Positions 18,713 through 29,424 of a stretch of DNA of 64,000 bases are shown here, in pieces. The notes under the pieces are model-generated. The model did no database searches. It saw only the letters and a list, made by a program, of their open reading frames with translations, and was not told the origin of the DNA. The translations under genes were made by a program, and so were the position numbers. Each line of letters starts with the position of its first letter. Position 1 is the stretch's first letter. Origin of the DNA: a virus (Duplodnaviria; Caudoviricetes); IMG/VR virus record IMGVR_UViG_3300028805_000056, positions 84,552-148,551 of that record, one strand, 5' to 3'.

Positions 18713-20599
18713 ATGAGTAAAATTATTGGAATTGACCTTGGCACAACTAACAGTTGTGTGTCAGTTATGGAAGGAAACCAACCTACAGTAATCGTAAACA
18801 GCGAGGGTAAGAGAACTACACCGTCTGTTGTCGGTTTTGTCGAGGGTGGTGAAAGAAGAGTTGGTGACCCCGCAAAGCGTCAGGCCATTACTAATCCTAA
18901 TAATACCGTTTTCTCCATCAAGCGATTTATGGGAGAACGTTATGATGAGGTAAAGGACGAAATCAACCGTGTATCGTATAAGGTTGCTAAAGGTAAGAAC
19001 AACACTGCCCGTGTTGATATCAATGGCAAACTCTATACACCACAGGAAATTTCATCAATGATTCTTCAGAAGATGAAGGCAACGGCTGAAGACTATCTCG
19101 GTGAAGAGGTTAAGGAAGCGGTAATCACTGTTCCCGCTTATTTCTCCGACTCTCAGCGTCAAGCCACAAAGGAGGCAGGACAGATTGCAGGTCTTGAAGT
19201 CAAGAGAATCATCAACGAGCCTACAGCAGCAGCACTCGCATATGGTCTCGACAAGAAGGGTGGTAATGAGAAGATTGCAGTGTATGACTACGGTGGCGGT
19301 ACGTTCGATATCTCCATCCTTGAACTTGGCGGTGGCGTATTCGAGGTATTGAGCACTAATGGTAATACACATCTCGGCGGTGATGATTTTGATCAAGTAA
19401 TCATTGATTGGCTTGCTGAAGAGTTCCTTAAGGATGAGAATGTTGACCTCAGAAAGGACCCAATGGCACTGCAACGCCTTAAAGAGGCTGCTGAGAAGGC
19501 TAAGATTGAACTGTCATCCAACAGTACTGCGGAAATCAACCTTCCTTATATTACTGCGGTAGACAATGTTCCTAAGCATCTTGTCAAGACTCTTACGCGA
19601 GCGAACTTTGAGAAGATGACCGCAGAACTCGTCGAGAAGAGTATCGAACCTTGCCGTAAGGCTCTTGAGGATGCAAATCTTAAGCCAAGCGATATTGACG
19701 AGGTTATTCTTGTTGGCGGTTCAACACGTATCCCCGCTATTCAGGAGGCAGTAAAGAAGTTCTTCGGTAAGGAACCTAACAAGGGTGTTAATCCTGACGA
19801 GGTTGTTGCTATCGGCGCAGCAATTCAGGGCGGTGTTCTCGCGGGTGATGTAAAGGACGTGTTGCTTCTTGATGTGACACCACTTAATCTCGGTATTGAG
19901 ACGATGGGTGCGGTTATGACAACATTGATTGAGGCTAACACTACAATTCCTACGAAGAAGTCTCAAGTGTTCTCAACGGCAATGGATAATCAACCTGCGG
20001 TTTCCATCAATGTTCTTCAAGGTAATCGTCCTATGGCTTCACAGAACAAGCAAATCGGTATGTTCAACCTCGAAGGCATTGCTCCCGCACCAAGAGGTAT
20101 TCCTCAGATTGAGGTGACATTTGACATCGACGCCAACGGTATTCTCAATGTATCTGCTGTTGATAAGGCAACCGGTAAGGAGCAGAAGATTCGCATTGAA
20201 TCCAACTCAGGTCTCTCTGAAGATGAAATCAAGCGTATGCAGGAAGAGGCTAAGGCAAACGAGGAAGAGGACAAGAAGAAGAAGGAGGAAATTGACAAGA
20301 TTAATGAAGCCGATTCATTTGTCTACCACGTTGAGAAGACCCTTTCAGAGATGGAGTCCAAGTTTGAAGAAAACGAGAAGAAGGAGATTACTGATCTTAT
20401 CGAGAAACTCAAGAAAGCCGTTGAGGAACGGAACATTGAGGACATTGACAAGTACAACAGTGAACTTCAGGGAAAGTGGAATGCCTTTATTACGAAGGTT
20501 TATCAGGAAAACAACACTACGCCCAATATGGACGACATCATCAAGGATGCTGCAAAACCTAAGGATGACGAACCTGTGGAAGCGGAAACGGTTGAATAA
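18713..20599 (+). CDS. dnaK: molecular chaperone DnaK (Hsp70)
   Basis: [55 protein letters not shown]. Confidence 0.98.
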   Translation: MSKIIGIDLGTTNSCVSVMEGNQPTVIVNSEGKRTTPSVVGFVEGGERRVGDPAKRQAITNPNNTVFSIKRFMGERYDEVKDEINRVSYKVAKGKNNTARVDINGKLYTPQEISSMILQKMKATAEDYLGEEVKEAVITVPAYFSDSQRQATKEAGQIAGLEVKRIINEPTAAALAYGLDKKGGNEKIAVYDYGGGTFDISILELGGGVFEVLSTNGNTHLGGDDFDQVIIDWLAEEFLKDENVDLRKDPMALQRLKEAAEKAKIELSSNSTAEINLPYITAVDNVPKHLVKTLTRANFEKMTAELVEKSIEPCRKALEDANLKPSDIDEVILVGGSTRIPAIQEAVKKFFGKEPNKGVNPDEVVAIGAAIQGGVLAGDVKDVLLLDVTPLNLGIETMGAVMTTLIEANTTIPTKKSQVFSTAMDNQPAVSINVLQGNRPMASQNKQIGMFNLEGIAPAPRGIPQIEVTFDIDANGILNVSAVDKATGKEQKIRIESNSGLSEDEIKRMQEEAKANEEEDKKKKEEIDKINEADSFVYHVEKTLSEMESKFEENEKKEITDLIEKLKKAVEERNIEDIDKYNSELQGKWNAFITKVYQENNTTPNMDDIIKDAAKPKDDEPVEAETVE

Positions 20600-20621
20600 T
20601 TGTGGTTTTCTAGACAGTATT

Positions 20622-20649
20622 AAATGCGGGATCAACTCCCGCATTTTTT
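20622..20649 (+). terminator. intrinsic terminator
   Basis: AAATGCGGGA/TCCCGCATTT stem plus T-run. Confidence 0.8.
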
Positions 20650-20689
20650 GTTTTATAGATATTTATATGTATAATATAAATTATCCAAG

Positions 20690-22813
20690 ATGAGCGGTTT
20701 AAAGACAATTAAGGACTTTATAAAGGAGAACAAGGCACCGAGGGGCGCCAAATATATTGGTGTGTTTAAGGATGGTGAAAAAAACACACAGAAAAGGGTT
20801 GATATAAGATATACGAATCTTGTCAACAATGAAGAGGACATGCCACTTTTCCGTTTTGGAGTGTTATCTGATGTACACGTGAATGCTATGGCAAATTTAA
20901 GAAACGAAGACAGAGGGGAAAGAATGTGTGAATGTAAATATGATTTCTTGAATGCAATGAGGTATTTTCAAGAGAATGGTGCAAAATTCGTATGTATTTC
21001 AGGCGACCTTGTATTAAGTGGAGAGGAAAAAAATAAGAAAAATAATGGTATGCGGGACTGGGAACTTGTGAAGGACATAATGAATATGTACCAAATAAGT
21101 GGCAGTACAACATCTGAACCAATTCCCATATTCTCCTGTTTTGGAAACCATGATACATATGATGCTTTAGAAACCTTTGTCGGAAGTGATGGTAATTACA
21201 GACTATATCAGTCATTAGACGTAAATACTAATAAATACCCGAGAATTTTTGGCACTAATATTTATTACAGCGCCGGAACTTTCTATCGGCTTGATTCATC
21301 TAAGACAGAAAGTATTGAAGATTATATCACATGGGATGGTAATACGGCTGTGGTTGATGATTTCAAACGTGCTGATGACAAGATAATGAATTGGATAGAT
21401 AAGTGGAAGGACTATACGTTTGAAACTAATAATATGGATAAAGTCAGCGGAGTGACTAACGGTAAGGTTGTTTTCCAAATATTCGAAGGTCAGACGGTTG
21501 ATGAGTCCGAAAAGAGTCTTGAGGTTAAGTTCGGGGATGACGTAATCGGTATAAACACATTCGACGGTAGCGGAAATTTCAAGGACCTGAAAACCAAGAC
21601 CACAGGAAGTTTCTTTTTTGAATATAGTATAAATGGGGAAACATATGTCTTCATCTTTTTCAGTGTTTATAATGGCATTGACTTTGAAAGTTATAAGAAC
21701 GATTGTGATCGGGTATATCCAAACATCGAGTGGTTAAGAAAGGTGTTGGAACATTATAGAAACGAACACTGTTTTGTTTTCATTCACCCGCCATTTAGGA
21801 CCAAGTCCGGATTGTGGGGTGAAGATCTGAATGGAGAGGGACTATATTCTTATGTTTTGAAAGAAGAGGAGGCAGGTCCCGATAAATACTCACGTGGTCG
21901 ATATTCAACACAAAGAACAAGAGAATTTCTCCGTCTGAACGAATTGAATAATCACTACAAAAATTCAGTTTGGTTCTTTGGACACACTCACTTTAAGACC
22001 TTATATCAGAAATATTTCAAGAGAGCAAACATAACAACTGATGATCCTGTTAGTTCATACAACCAATCAGCATTAAACATACATGTTCCATCCTGTGCAT
22101 ATCCGAGATACGTAATTGGTGTCACCGAGACCTTTTCGGGTAATAGTATTTCAAATGACTTTGACGACTCGGAGGGCTTGATCATTGATGTGTTTACCGA
22201 TAGGATTGAGGTTAAAACCGTGTGGTTCAAGAAGGGTGTTGACTACGATGATGACGATAACATATACACAAGCGGTATAACCCTTGATGACACCGTTCCA
22301 TTGCCATATTCGGGACATGAGGAATATGGAAAGTATATGAATAAGATATCCCCGATGGCGTTCTATTCGTTAGACACTACGAAGGTTCAAATTGCCGCAG
22401 ATTCGGGGAACACACTGTTCGATACGGAAAATATAAGGAAGAAAATAGAGGAGAACTGCGGGAAACAGGTCGGTTTTGTCAAATGGGTAGGGAAAAATAG
22501 AGAAGACCTGGAAGTTTGCTATATCAGTGGGACAACCGGATATGAAGTAAAGAATAACATAGTGAACAAACTCGGTGAAGTAATGAGTACCGGCACCACC
22601 GGTATAACTGTAAGTGCTTTCTGTGACAACGATGAATATAATCTTGAAAACGTAGATACGGACCATTCGGGAGATATAAGGGACAATTCTGTATATTTGT
22701 TAGAGGGAAGTACCACCGGCAATACGGAAGTTCAAAAAATTGAGATTATAAAAAACAATTTGAGGAAGGTTCCGTTGAATATGATAAAATACATCACAAT
22801 AAAATACCAATAA
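20690..22813 (+). CDS. large metallophosphoesterase (putative late protein)
   Basis: SDVH, SGD, GNHD, FIH, GHTH motifs; TATTTAT at 20660. Confidence 0.82.
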   Translation: MSGLKTIKDFIKENKAPRGAKYIGVFKDGEKNTQKRVDIRYTNLVNNEEDMPLFRFGVLSDVHVNAMANLRNEDRGERMCECKYDFLNAMRYFQENGAKFVCISGDLVLSGEEKNKKNNGMRDWELVKDIMNMYQISGSTTSEPIPIFSCFGNHDTYDALETFVGSDGNYRLYQSLDVNTNKYPRIFGTNIYYSAGTFYRLDSSKTESIEDYITWDGNTAVVDDFKRADDKIMNWIDKWKDYTFETNNMDKVSGVTNGKVVFQIFEGQTVDESEKSLEVKFGDDVIGINTFDGSGNFKDLKTKTTGSFFFEYSINGETYVFIFFSVYNGIDFESYKNDCDRVYPNIEWLRKVLEHYRNEHCFVFIHPPFRTKSGLWGEDLNGEGLYSYVLKEEEAGPDKYSRGRYSTQRTREFLRLNELNNHYKNSVWFFGHTHFKTLYQKYFKRANITTDDPVSSYNQSALNIHVPSCAYPRYVIGVTETFSGNSISNDFDDSEGLIIDVFTDRIEVKTVWFKKGVDYDDDDNIYTSGITLDDTVPLPYSGHEEYGKYMNKISPMAFYSLDTTKVQIAADSGNTLFDTENIRKKIEENCGKQVGFVKWVGKNREDLEVCYISGTTGYEVKNNIVNKLGEVMSTGTTGITVSAFCDNDEYNLENVDTDHSGDIRDNSVYLLEGSTTGNTEVQKIEIIKNNLRKVPLNMIKYITIKYQ

Positions 22814-22834
22814 CAAAATTCTTCATTTAGAATG

Positions 22835-22868
22835 ACCGACGAAAAAACACTTTCGTCGGTTTTTTTTT
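22835..22868 (+). terminator. intrinsic terminator
   Basis: ACCGACGAAA/TTTCGTCGGT stem plus T-run. Confidence 0.8.
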
Positions 22869-22909
22869 ATATATTTGCAACAGATAAACTAAAAAATATT
22901 TTAATTGTT

Positions 22910-23950
22910 ATGGATGAATTTACACCCGTTCGTATGGATGAATACGATTGCTGTTGTAACGAAATGGACGAAAGTGTGGTAACAGGTAGAGGTTTAGACT
23001 TATTTTCAAGACCTAAAACCCCTTTTATTGAAAAAGAAAATGAAAATGAGAACAAGGACCCTTACACACTTTGGACTAAGGACAGAAATGATAGAATCTG
23101 TTCCTGTGCCGGTACGTTTGATAGTCTTGAACCCGGTTATTACAAGATAGGAAACTCACCCGATATTGGTGTACACCTTAAGAGGGTTAAAGTTGAGATG
23201 AACAGACTCTACCGTCTCCCAAATTCAGCATCCGATTTACTGCTTAATGATATCAGTAAATTTTGGACATTGGAGGAAACATATAAGACATATCATAGGG
23301 TGTTTGCAAGAAACTATCTTCTATATTCTGCACCAGGTACCGGTAAAACATCATTGATCAATTTAATGTGTCAAGAACTTATTGAGAAATATGATGGTAT
23401 TGTCATTTATCTTAACTCTGCAAGTGAAATTTATGATTATAATCCTACAATAAGAATGATACGTGATGTTGAGCCGAATAGAAGAATTATCACAATCATT
23501 GAGGATATTGATGCATACATCGGAAAGGATGGGAGTGATAAGTTGGACGGGTATCTGCTTAATATATTGGACGGTAATATGAAGTTTGGTGGAATTGTTA
23601 CCATTGCCACGACAAACTACATCGAAAAGGTGTCCGAGCGATTCACAAACCGTCCGTCACGTTTTGACCGTGTAGTTGAATTCCCGCTTCCAAATGATGA
23701 AAGCAGAAGAATGTTTATCGAGAAGTCTGTTCAGCCTGAAGACCTTGAGAAAATTGACGTTGACAAGTGGGTTGAGAAGACCGATGGTTTCTCTATCGAC
23801 CATATCAACGAACTTATCTTGCTCTTTTTTGTCTTCGGACATACTGAAGAGGAGTCATTTGAAACACTTACGAGGATGTTGAAAGAAAACGATTCATTGA
23901 AGAATGTGACAAGCGTAAAGAAAAAGAGTAAAATTGGTTTTAATAATTAA
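22910..23950 (+). CDS. AAA+ ATPase
   Basis: Walker A APGTGKT, Walker B IIEDID, LLNILDG, TTN, RPSRFD, KIGF tail. Confidence 0.9.
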   Translation: MDEFTPVRMDEYDCCCNEMDESVVTGRGLDLFSRPKTPFIEKENENENKDPYTLWTKDRNDRICSCAGTFDSLEPGYYKIGNSPDIGVHLKRVKVEMNRLYRLPNSASDLLLNDISKFWTLEETYKTYHRVFARNYLLYSAPGTGKTSLINLMCQELIEKYDGIVIYLNSASEIYDYNPTIRMIRDVEPNRRIITIIEDIDAYIGKDGSDKLDGYLLNILDGNMKFGGIVTIATTNYIEKVSERFTNRPSRFDRVVEFPLPNDESRRMFIEKSVQPEDLEKIDVDKWVEKTDGFSIDHINELILLFFVFGHTEEESFETLTRMLKENDSLKNVTSVKKKSKIGFNN

Positions 23951-23955
23951 AAAAT

Positions 23956-24858
23956 ATGGCAATAACATTTGATTATAAAAAGTTTAAGAACGGAAATCAA
24001 CTTGGCAAAGTCGAGTATTACACAGAGAGTAACGGACAGGTTGTATTTCAACTGAAAGAAGGTGAAGACGAGTGTGAGCAGGAAGAGGAGGAAGAAACCT
24101 CGAGTGATTTTAACAACTCGAACATCATAAGGAATATCTCTTATGATCAGAAGGAAATCCTGTGGAACATAATGCAGATGCATAATGACGGTAATCCGTT
24201 TGACTGTGATATGACCGCATCCACACTAAAGTTCTATGAACAGAAGAAGAGTGACAAGTATGTGATTCCCGAACCCGAGATACTCTTTGATGTCTTCCCA
24301 TTACAAGAGAAGATTAAGAAGATTGAGCCACTTGGTCCATTACCGCTTGAGGATAATTCGATAGGTTCCATCGTAATTGACCTTCCGTTTGTGGTTTCAC
24401 CACCGAATTGTCCCTCGGCTAAGGCAAACAAGGAGGGCGCCAATATGATTATGAACAGGTTTGCATCCTATTATCCTGTCGATGACCTTTATGAATCGTA
24501 TTTCCATTGGATTTCTGAGGCATATCGTGTTTTGAAGGAAGGTGGAACATGTGTATTCAAGTGTCAATCGACCATTTCAGGTGGCATACAGCATAACATT
24601 GAGGAGTGGAGTTTTATGTGTGCGCAGAAGGTCGGATTCACTGCGGAGGACAAGTTCATCCTTGCGGCAAAGGCGCGTCTCATTGCATCTTCAAAATACA
24701 AGAAACAGTATCATGCGAGGAAATACACAAGTATCTTCTGGGTATTCAAGAAAGATTCAAGGAAGAGAAGCAAGAAGTTTAACTATTTTGACATAATTGA
24801 AAAATATTCATTGGAGGAAAATAACAGAAAAGATGAAAATATGACAAAAAATGATTAG
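23956..24858 (+). CDS. putative DNA methyltransferase (atypical DLPF motif IV)
   Basis: LPLEDNSIGSIVIDLPF, EAYRVLKEGG..VFKCQ, QYHARK. Confidence 0.7.
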   Translation: MAITFDYKKFKNGNQLGKVEYYTESNGQVVFQLKEGEDECEQEEEEETSSDFNNSNIIRNISYDQKEILWNIMQMHNDGNPFDCDMTASTLKFYEQKKSDKYVIPEPEILFDVFPLQEKIKKIEPLGPLPLEDNSIGSIVIDLPFVVSPPNCPSAKANKEGANMIMNRFASYYPVDDLYESYFHWISEAYRVLKEGGTCVFKCQSTISGGIQHNIEEWSFMCAQKVGFTAEDKFILAAKARLIASSKYKKQYHARKYTSIFWVFKKDSRKRSKKFNYFDIIEKYSLEENNRKDENMTKND

Positions 24859-25645
24859 TGACAAATTAAAGTCAATTGACTATTACGAGAAAAACAAGAG
24901 GAAATTCAACAGAAAATATAATGACATATGGAAAAAAATTGCCGGTTGGAATTATATTGGAAAGTGTTCGTATCTTTTCCAAATGTTCTATAAGGAATGG
25001 AAGAAGGATGGACATACTGAAGACCCTACGCCAAATGACTTTGCAAAGTATTATTTCTCCCATACGAACCCAAATGATGATGAGGGGTTAAGAAAAGAAA
25101 AATCACAGGAATATGGAAGAAGCGTGGAGGATTTAAAGAAATTGGCGGAACACTATCAAGAGGCGTGCAACAATTACAATATACCCCTTGAAGAGTATTT
25201 TGACGATATTGTTAATCACGCCATTGTGGAAACGACATCCGGACAGTTAATGGAATTAAAACTGTTTGATGAATATGAAAAGAACGGTTTTACTGTAGAA
25301 CACACAAACAACCATTGGGATAAGAATCTCGGTGTTGACCTTATAGTTAAGAAAGACGGAATCATACGGGACTACATTCAATGCAAACCCATAAGTACGT
25401 TTAGGGGTGACGGTAATAATAGTCTTATTAGTGACAGAAAAATGTTTTTCAAGAAGGAACTTGATAAAAAGAAGGAATGCGAAAAGGAAAACTTGCCCTA
25501 TACTCCGACAAAGTTCATATTATATGACAAAAATCAACCGGGTAAATGGTGCTATATCGGGAAAAGGAGAGGATTCTTGCTTGAGGAACTGTGTGATAGA
25601 AACGGTAAGGTAATAATTGATGTAAACAAAGTCCATTATGAATGA
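24851..25645 (+). CDS. putative PD-(D/E)xK restriction endonuclease
   Basis: G.LME...WDKNLGVDLIV......YIQCKP; overlaps upstream MTase. Confidence 0.55.
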   Translation: MISDKLKSIDYYEKNKRKFNRKYNDIWKKIAGWNYIGKCSYLFQMFYKEWKKDGHTEDPTPNDFAKYYFSHTNPNDDEGLRKEKSQEYGRSVEDLKKLAEHYQEACNNYNIPLEEYFDDIVNHAIVETTSGQLMELKLFDEYEKNGFTVEHTNNHWDKNLGVDLIVKKDGIIRDYIQCKPISTFRGDGNNSLISDRKMFFKKELDKKKECEKENLPYTPTKFILYDKNQPGKWCYIGKRRGFLLEELCDRNGKVIIDVNKVHYE

Positions 25646-25974
25646 TATACTTTTATCGCTTTATATGGATAATTTGTGTGCCATTCATTAAAGCCTACTA
25701 TATCATAAAGGGATATATCAGGTTGAAAACCGCCTTCAGAGTCGGGGACATATATTATGTGTCGGAAACAAATGTATATTATAAGTATCTCGGAGACAGA
25801 CTCTTCAAGGAAGGAAACAAAATGGTGGATACCGGGTTCATGGCAATAGAGGTTCCCGGACACACGAAGATACTGTCATATCTTCAAATTGGGATGATGC
25901 ACTTTATGTTTATAAGGAAAGAAACATCAAACTTAACAACCAAAAGAATTTGGCTTAAAAGAAAAAAGAAATAA
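25642..25974 (+). CDS. hypothetical protein
   Basis: ATGA overlap with upstream gene. Confidence 0.6.
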   Translation: MIYFYRFIWIICVPFIKAYYIIKGYIRLKTAFRVGDIYYVSETNVYYKYLGDRLFKEGNKMVDTGFMAIEVPGHTKILSYLQIGMMHFMFIRKETSNLTTKRIWLKRKKK

Positions 25975-26024
25975 AAAAAATTGTATATTTGTAATATAAA
26001 AAAACATTAAAAATTTAAAAAGCT

Positions 26025-26591
26025 ATGTCTATTTCAGAAAATTTCAAAACTTATCAGGAAACCCTTATCGACATGCTCGGTGAGGATGTAGTTAACAATC
26101 TGTTCGAATCACTTGGCGGTGAGGAGAAGATTAGCAAGGCCGTTTTTGGCAGTACAGTGGATAGCGGCGTTGCCTATGACGGAAGTATGATTGCATGTTC
26201 GTTAGCCATTGGGACCTATGCCAAGAAGATTAACGAACTGTTTCCGTCTTCAAAACGGGCGGATGAAGAAAGTATTGTTAAGGTTGCATTACTGTCCCAC
26301 ATTGCAAAAGTGCTGATGTTCTCGGAGAATGACAATTCTTGGGAGAAGACCAATCGTGGCATCATCTACAAGTTTGAAAGTCTTGACGGTGCTTTGAGGT
26401 GTGGTGAGCGTTCAATCCTTCTTGCAATGAATGCGGGCGTCAAGTTCACACCTGAGGAATATGAGGCTATGAGGATTATGGACAAGTCAGGTGACGACGA
26501 CAATTACACGAAGTATTTCTCAAGTACATTGTCAACTGTAATCCGTCAGGCAAACGAAATAATCACGTTGATCAAACACATTAAGAAGTGA
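26025..26591 (+). CDS. degenerate HD-domain-like protein
   Basis: AYDGSM, VALLSHIAKV, GERSI, EEYEAM resemble phage HD folds but lack the HD dyad. Confidence 0.4.
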   Translation: MSISENFKTYQETLIDMLGEDVVNNLFESLGGEEKISKAVFGSTVDSGVAYDGSMIACSLAIGTYAKKINELFPSSKRADEESIVKVALLSHIAKVLMFSENDNSWEKTNRGIIYKFESLDGALRCGERSILLAMNAGVKFTPEEYEAMRIMDKSGDDDNYTKYFSSTLSTVIRQANEIITLIKHIKK

Positions 26592-27412
26592 AGAATGGTG
26601 GAAAGATAATTTTGGCGGTAATCTGCAAAAACGAAGAAGATTATATCGAAGAGTTTGTGGATTACCACCTTAATATTGGTTTTGACAAGATTATAATCGG
26701 AGATAACAATGATATCAATGGTGAACTGTATCAGCCGTTATTAAAAGACTATATCAAGTCTAAACAAGTCAAGATTGTAAATCTTAGGGGGAAGAAGGGT
26801 CAACAGAAACCTTTCTACAATAGTATTATAAAGAATGAAGATTATGAATGGTGTGCGTTCATTGATGCGGATGAATTCATCACGTTTGGTAGATATGCCG
26901 ATTTTTCTGACATAAGGGACTTCTTGGAGTCAAATGACAACATCAAGGCATATAAACTGAATTGGCGTTGTTATGGAGATAATGACAACATCGAAATGGA
27001 AGACCGTGATGTGATTGAGCGTTTTCCCGAATCGAAACCAATGATGTTCACGTTCACCTATAATTTCCCCGAGAACCTGCATACAAAGTCAATACTGCAT
27101 AAGTCAGTTCAGAACACATTTATAAGTTCTCCGCACACGGTTGATGGTTATAACGGTTACTATACGCCAAGCGGGTTTAAGACAAGTTCAAGCCCAATTG
27201 GTAATGTAATTGATTGGGATATGCTTTATGTAAGGCACTATTATACAAAGTCATTGGAGGAATGGGTTAATAACAAGATGGGACGCGGTTATGCTGATTA
27301 TCCTGTTGTGCCCAATGAAGAAACATATGGACTTGACCAATTCTTCAAATACAATAAAAAAACACCAGGAAAAATAAACTATCTTAAAAGTATTGGTATA
27401 GACTATGAATGA
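26588..27412 (+). CDS. glycosyltransferase (GT2/GT92-like)
   Basis: KNEEDYIEEFVDYHL..GFD.III.DN, WCAFIDADEF, HYYTKS. Confidence 0.85.
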   Translation: MKNGGKIILAVICKNEEDYIEEFVDYHLNIGFDKIIIGDNNDINGELYQPLLKDYIKSKQVKIVNLRGKKGQQKPFYNSIIKNEDYEWCAFIDADEFITFGRYADFSDIRDFLESNDNIKAYKLNWRCYGDNDNIEMEDRDVIERFPESKPMMFTFTYNFPENLHTKSILHKSVQNTFISSPHTVDGYNGYYTPSGFKTSSSPIGNVIDWDMLYVRHYYTKSLEEWVNNKMGRGYADYPVVPNEETYGLDQFFKYNKKTPGKINYLKSIGIDYE

Positions 27413-28190
27413 AAATGTAGATATTTTCATATACACACACAAACCGTTTAAACAACTTGTATATAATAATGTATATAAGGTGTTGACTTGTTCACATGAG
27501 GATTTCCAATCCACACTCCCCGTATATAGGGATTATGAGGGGGACAACATCAGTGACAAGAATCTGATGTATAATGAGTATAGTGGTTTCTATTGGCTAT
27601 GGAAGAACTATGACCTCAAGAAATACATCGGTATGAACCACTACCGCAGATATTATGAGTGGTTGGATAATGTGCCGGACATTGAGCAGTTGTTCAAATA
27701 TTTTGGCATTATCCTTAATAAGCCGATTCCGTTGAATTGTCCCGATGACGGACATGTAATGAACAATCGGACGTGGTACGGTTGGTGGCATAACGTCGAG
27801 GATTTCGACATTCTTGAACAGATGTATCACGAGCGTTTCCCGGAATATATTGATGGTTTTGACAAGATGAAGAACAATGATTACATCTACAATTCATCAA
27901 TGTTCACTATGACAAAGGAGATGTTCCTTGAATACTGTGACTATATTTTCAAGGTTCTCGAAGAATACAACAAGTATCGTGGAATGTTTACCAGTGAGGA
28001 TTATATCAAACATGTGGAGGCTAATAAGGAGAAGTACATTAAGCCACATCTTCCTTATTATACTGTTGAAATTCAGGCGAGGATACTCGGATACATTGCT
28101 GAAAGGGCAATGAACACCTTTATGTTGCAGGGTGGGGACAACAGTATCGAGAAGAAAGCAGCAATAATCAATTGGATAATGCCGAGATAA
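27405..28190 (+). CDS. DUF4422 family glycosyltransferase (galactofuranosyltransferase-like)
   Basis: IYTHK, GDNISDKN..YNE....YWLWKN, IGMNHYRRY, R..GYIAER. Confidence 0.85.
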   Translation: MNENVDIFIYTHKPFKQLVYNNVYKVLTCSHEDFQSTLPVYRDYEGDNISDKNLMYNEYSGFYWLWKNYDLKKYIGMNHYRRYYEWLDNVPDIEQLFKYFGIILNKPIPLNCPDDGHVMNNRTWYGWWHNVEDFDILEQMYHERFPEYIDGFDKMKNNDYIYNSSMFTMTKEMFLEYCDYIFKVLEEYNKYRGMFTSEDYIKHVEANKEKYIKPHLPYYTVEIQARILGYIAERAMNTFMLQGGDNSIEKKAAIINWIMPR

Positions 28191-28275
28191 ACTATGAATA
28201 CATTAATTGTAATAGGTGCTGTGGTGGCTTTCTTTGCCATTTGCTTAATAATGACGAAGTTAACGCCAAAGGACA

Positions 28276-29397
28276 ATGTTCGGAAGGAAGAAGTATGATT
28301 ATCTTATAGTCGGATCAGGCATTTTCGGGTCGACATTTGCATATCTTGCGAAGCAGAAGGGTAAGAAGTGTCTTGTATTGGAGAAGAGGGACGTTGTTGG
28401 TGGAAACTGTTATACAAAGAATGTTGACGGAATAAACGTACACGTATATGGTCCACACATATTCCACACGAATAACAAGGAAGTATGGAATTTTGTCAAT
28501 TCGCTTGTGGAGTTCAATAATTTCAAATTGAATGTATTGGCCAACTACAACAATCAACTTTATCATCTTCCGTTCAATATGAACACATTTTACGAACTTC
28601 GTAACATTATCAATCCGGAAGATGCAAAGAGATATATTGAGGTTGCAACAAGGAACGGAGTTAAGAATCCAAAGAACCTTGAGGAACAGGCAATTGGTCT
28701 TGTTGGTAATGAGATATACACCACATTGATCAAGGGTTATACAGAGAAGCAATGGGGTCGGGATTGCAAGGAGTTACCACCAAGCATAATAAAGAGGCTA
28801 CCGATAAGATACACATTTGACAACAACTATTTCAAGGAGGGCAAATATCAGGGGATACCGGTTAACGGATATACTGAGTTGTTTGATAAGTTATTGGAGG
28901 GTATTGAGGTACAATGCGGAGTGGATTACCTGAAGAACAAGAAGTATTTTGATTCGCTTGCAAATAAAGTGGTCTATACGGGTAAGATAGACGAGTATTT
29001 CAATTATTGCTATGGTGAGTTGGAATACAGAACAGTTAGGTGGGATACTGAGCATATTGACATTCCGAATTATCAGGGAACGGCGGTTATCAACTACACG
29101 AACAAGGATGTTCCGTTCACAAGGATAATCGAGCACAAGCATTTCGACACGTTTGGGGATGATGTGTATAAGATACCGAAGACAATCATAAGCAGGGAAT
29201 ATTCTGTTGAGTGGAAACACGGTATGGATGGCTACTATCCGATTAAGGATGAGAGGAACACTGAATTATATAATAGGTATAGAGATTTGGCTGATAAGGA
29301 AAAGAACGTGATATTTGGTGGAAGGCTTGCGGAATACGAATATTATGATATGAACAACATAATCGAGAAATTATTGAACAGTAAAGATTCAATTTAG
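28276..29397 (+). CDS. glf: UDP-galactopyranose mutase
   Basis: IVGSG..G, GGNCY, HVYGPHIFHT, YTEKQWG, RIIEHKHF, GGRLAEY.YYDM. Confidence 0.96.
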   Translation: MFGRKKYDYLIVGSGIFGSTFAYLAKQKGKKCLVLEKRDVVGGNCYTKNVDGINVHVYGPHIFHTNNKEVWNFVNSLVEFNNFKLNVLANYNNQLYHLPFNMNTFYELRNIINPEDAKRYIEVATRNGVKNPKNLEEQAIGLVGNEIYTTLIKGYTEKQWGRDCKELPPSIIKRLPIRYTFDNNYFKEGKYQGIPVNGYTELFDKLLEGIEVQCGVDYLKNKKYFDSLANKVVYTGKIDEYFNYCYGELEYRTVRWDTEHIDIPNYQGTAVINYTNKDVPFTRIIEHKHFDTFGDDVYKIPKTIISREYSVEWKHGMDGYYPIKDERNTELYNRYRDLADKEKNVIFGGRLAEYEYYDMNNIIEKLLNSKDSI

Positions 29398-29424
29398 TAT
29401 ATTTGCACAAAGAAGAAATTTGTT

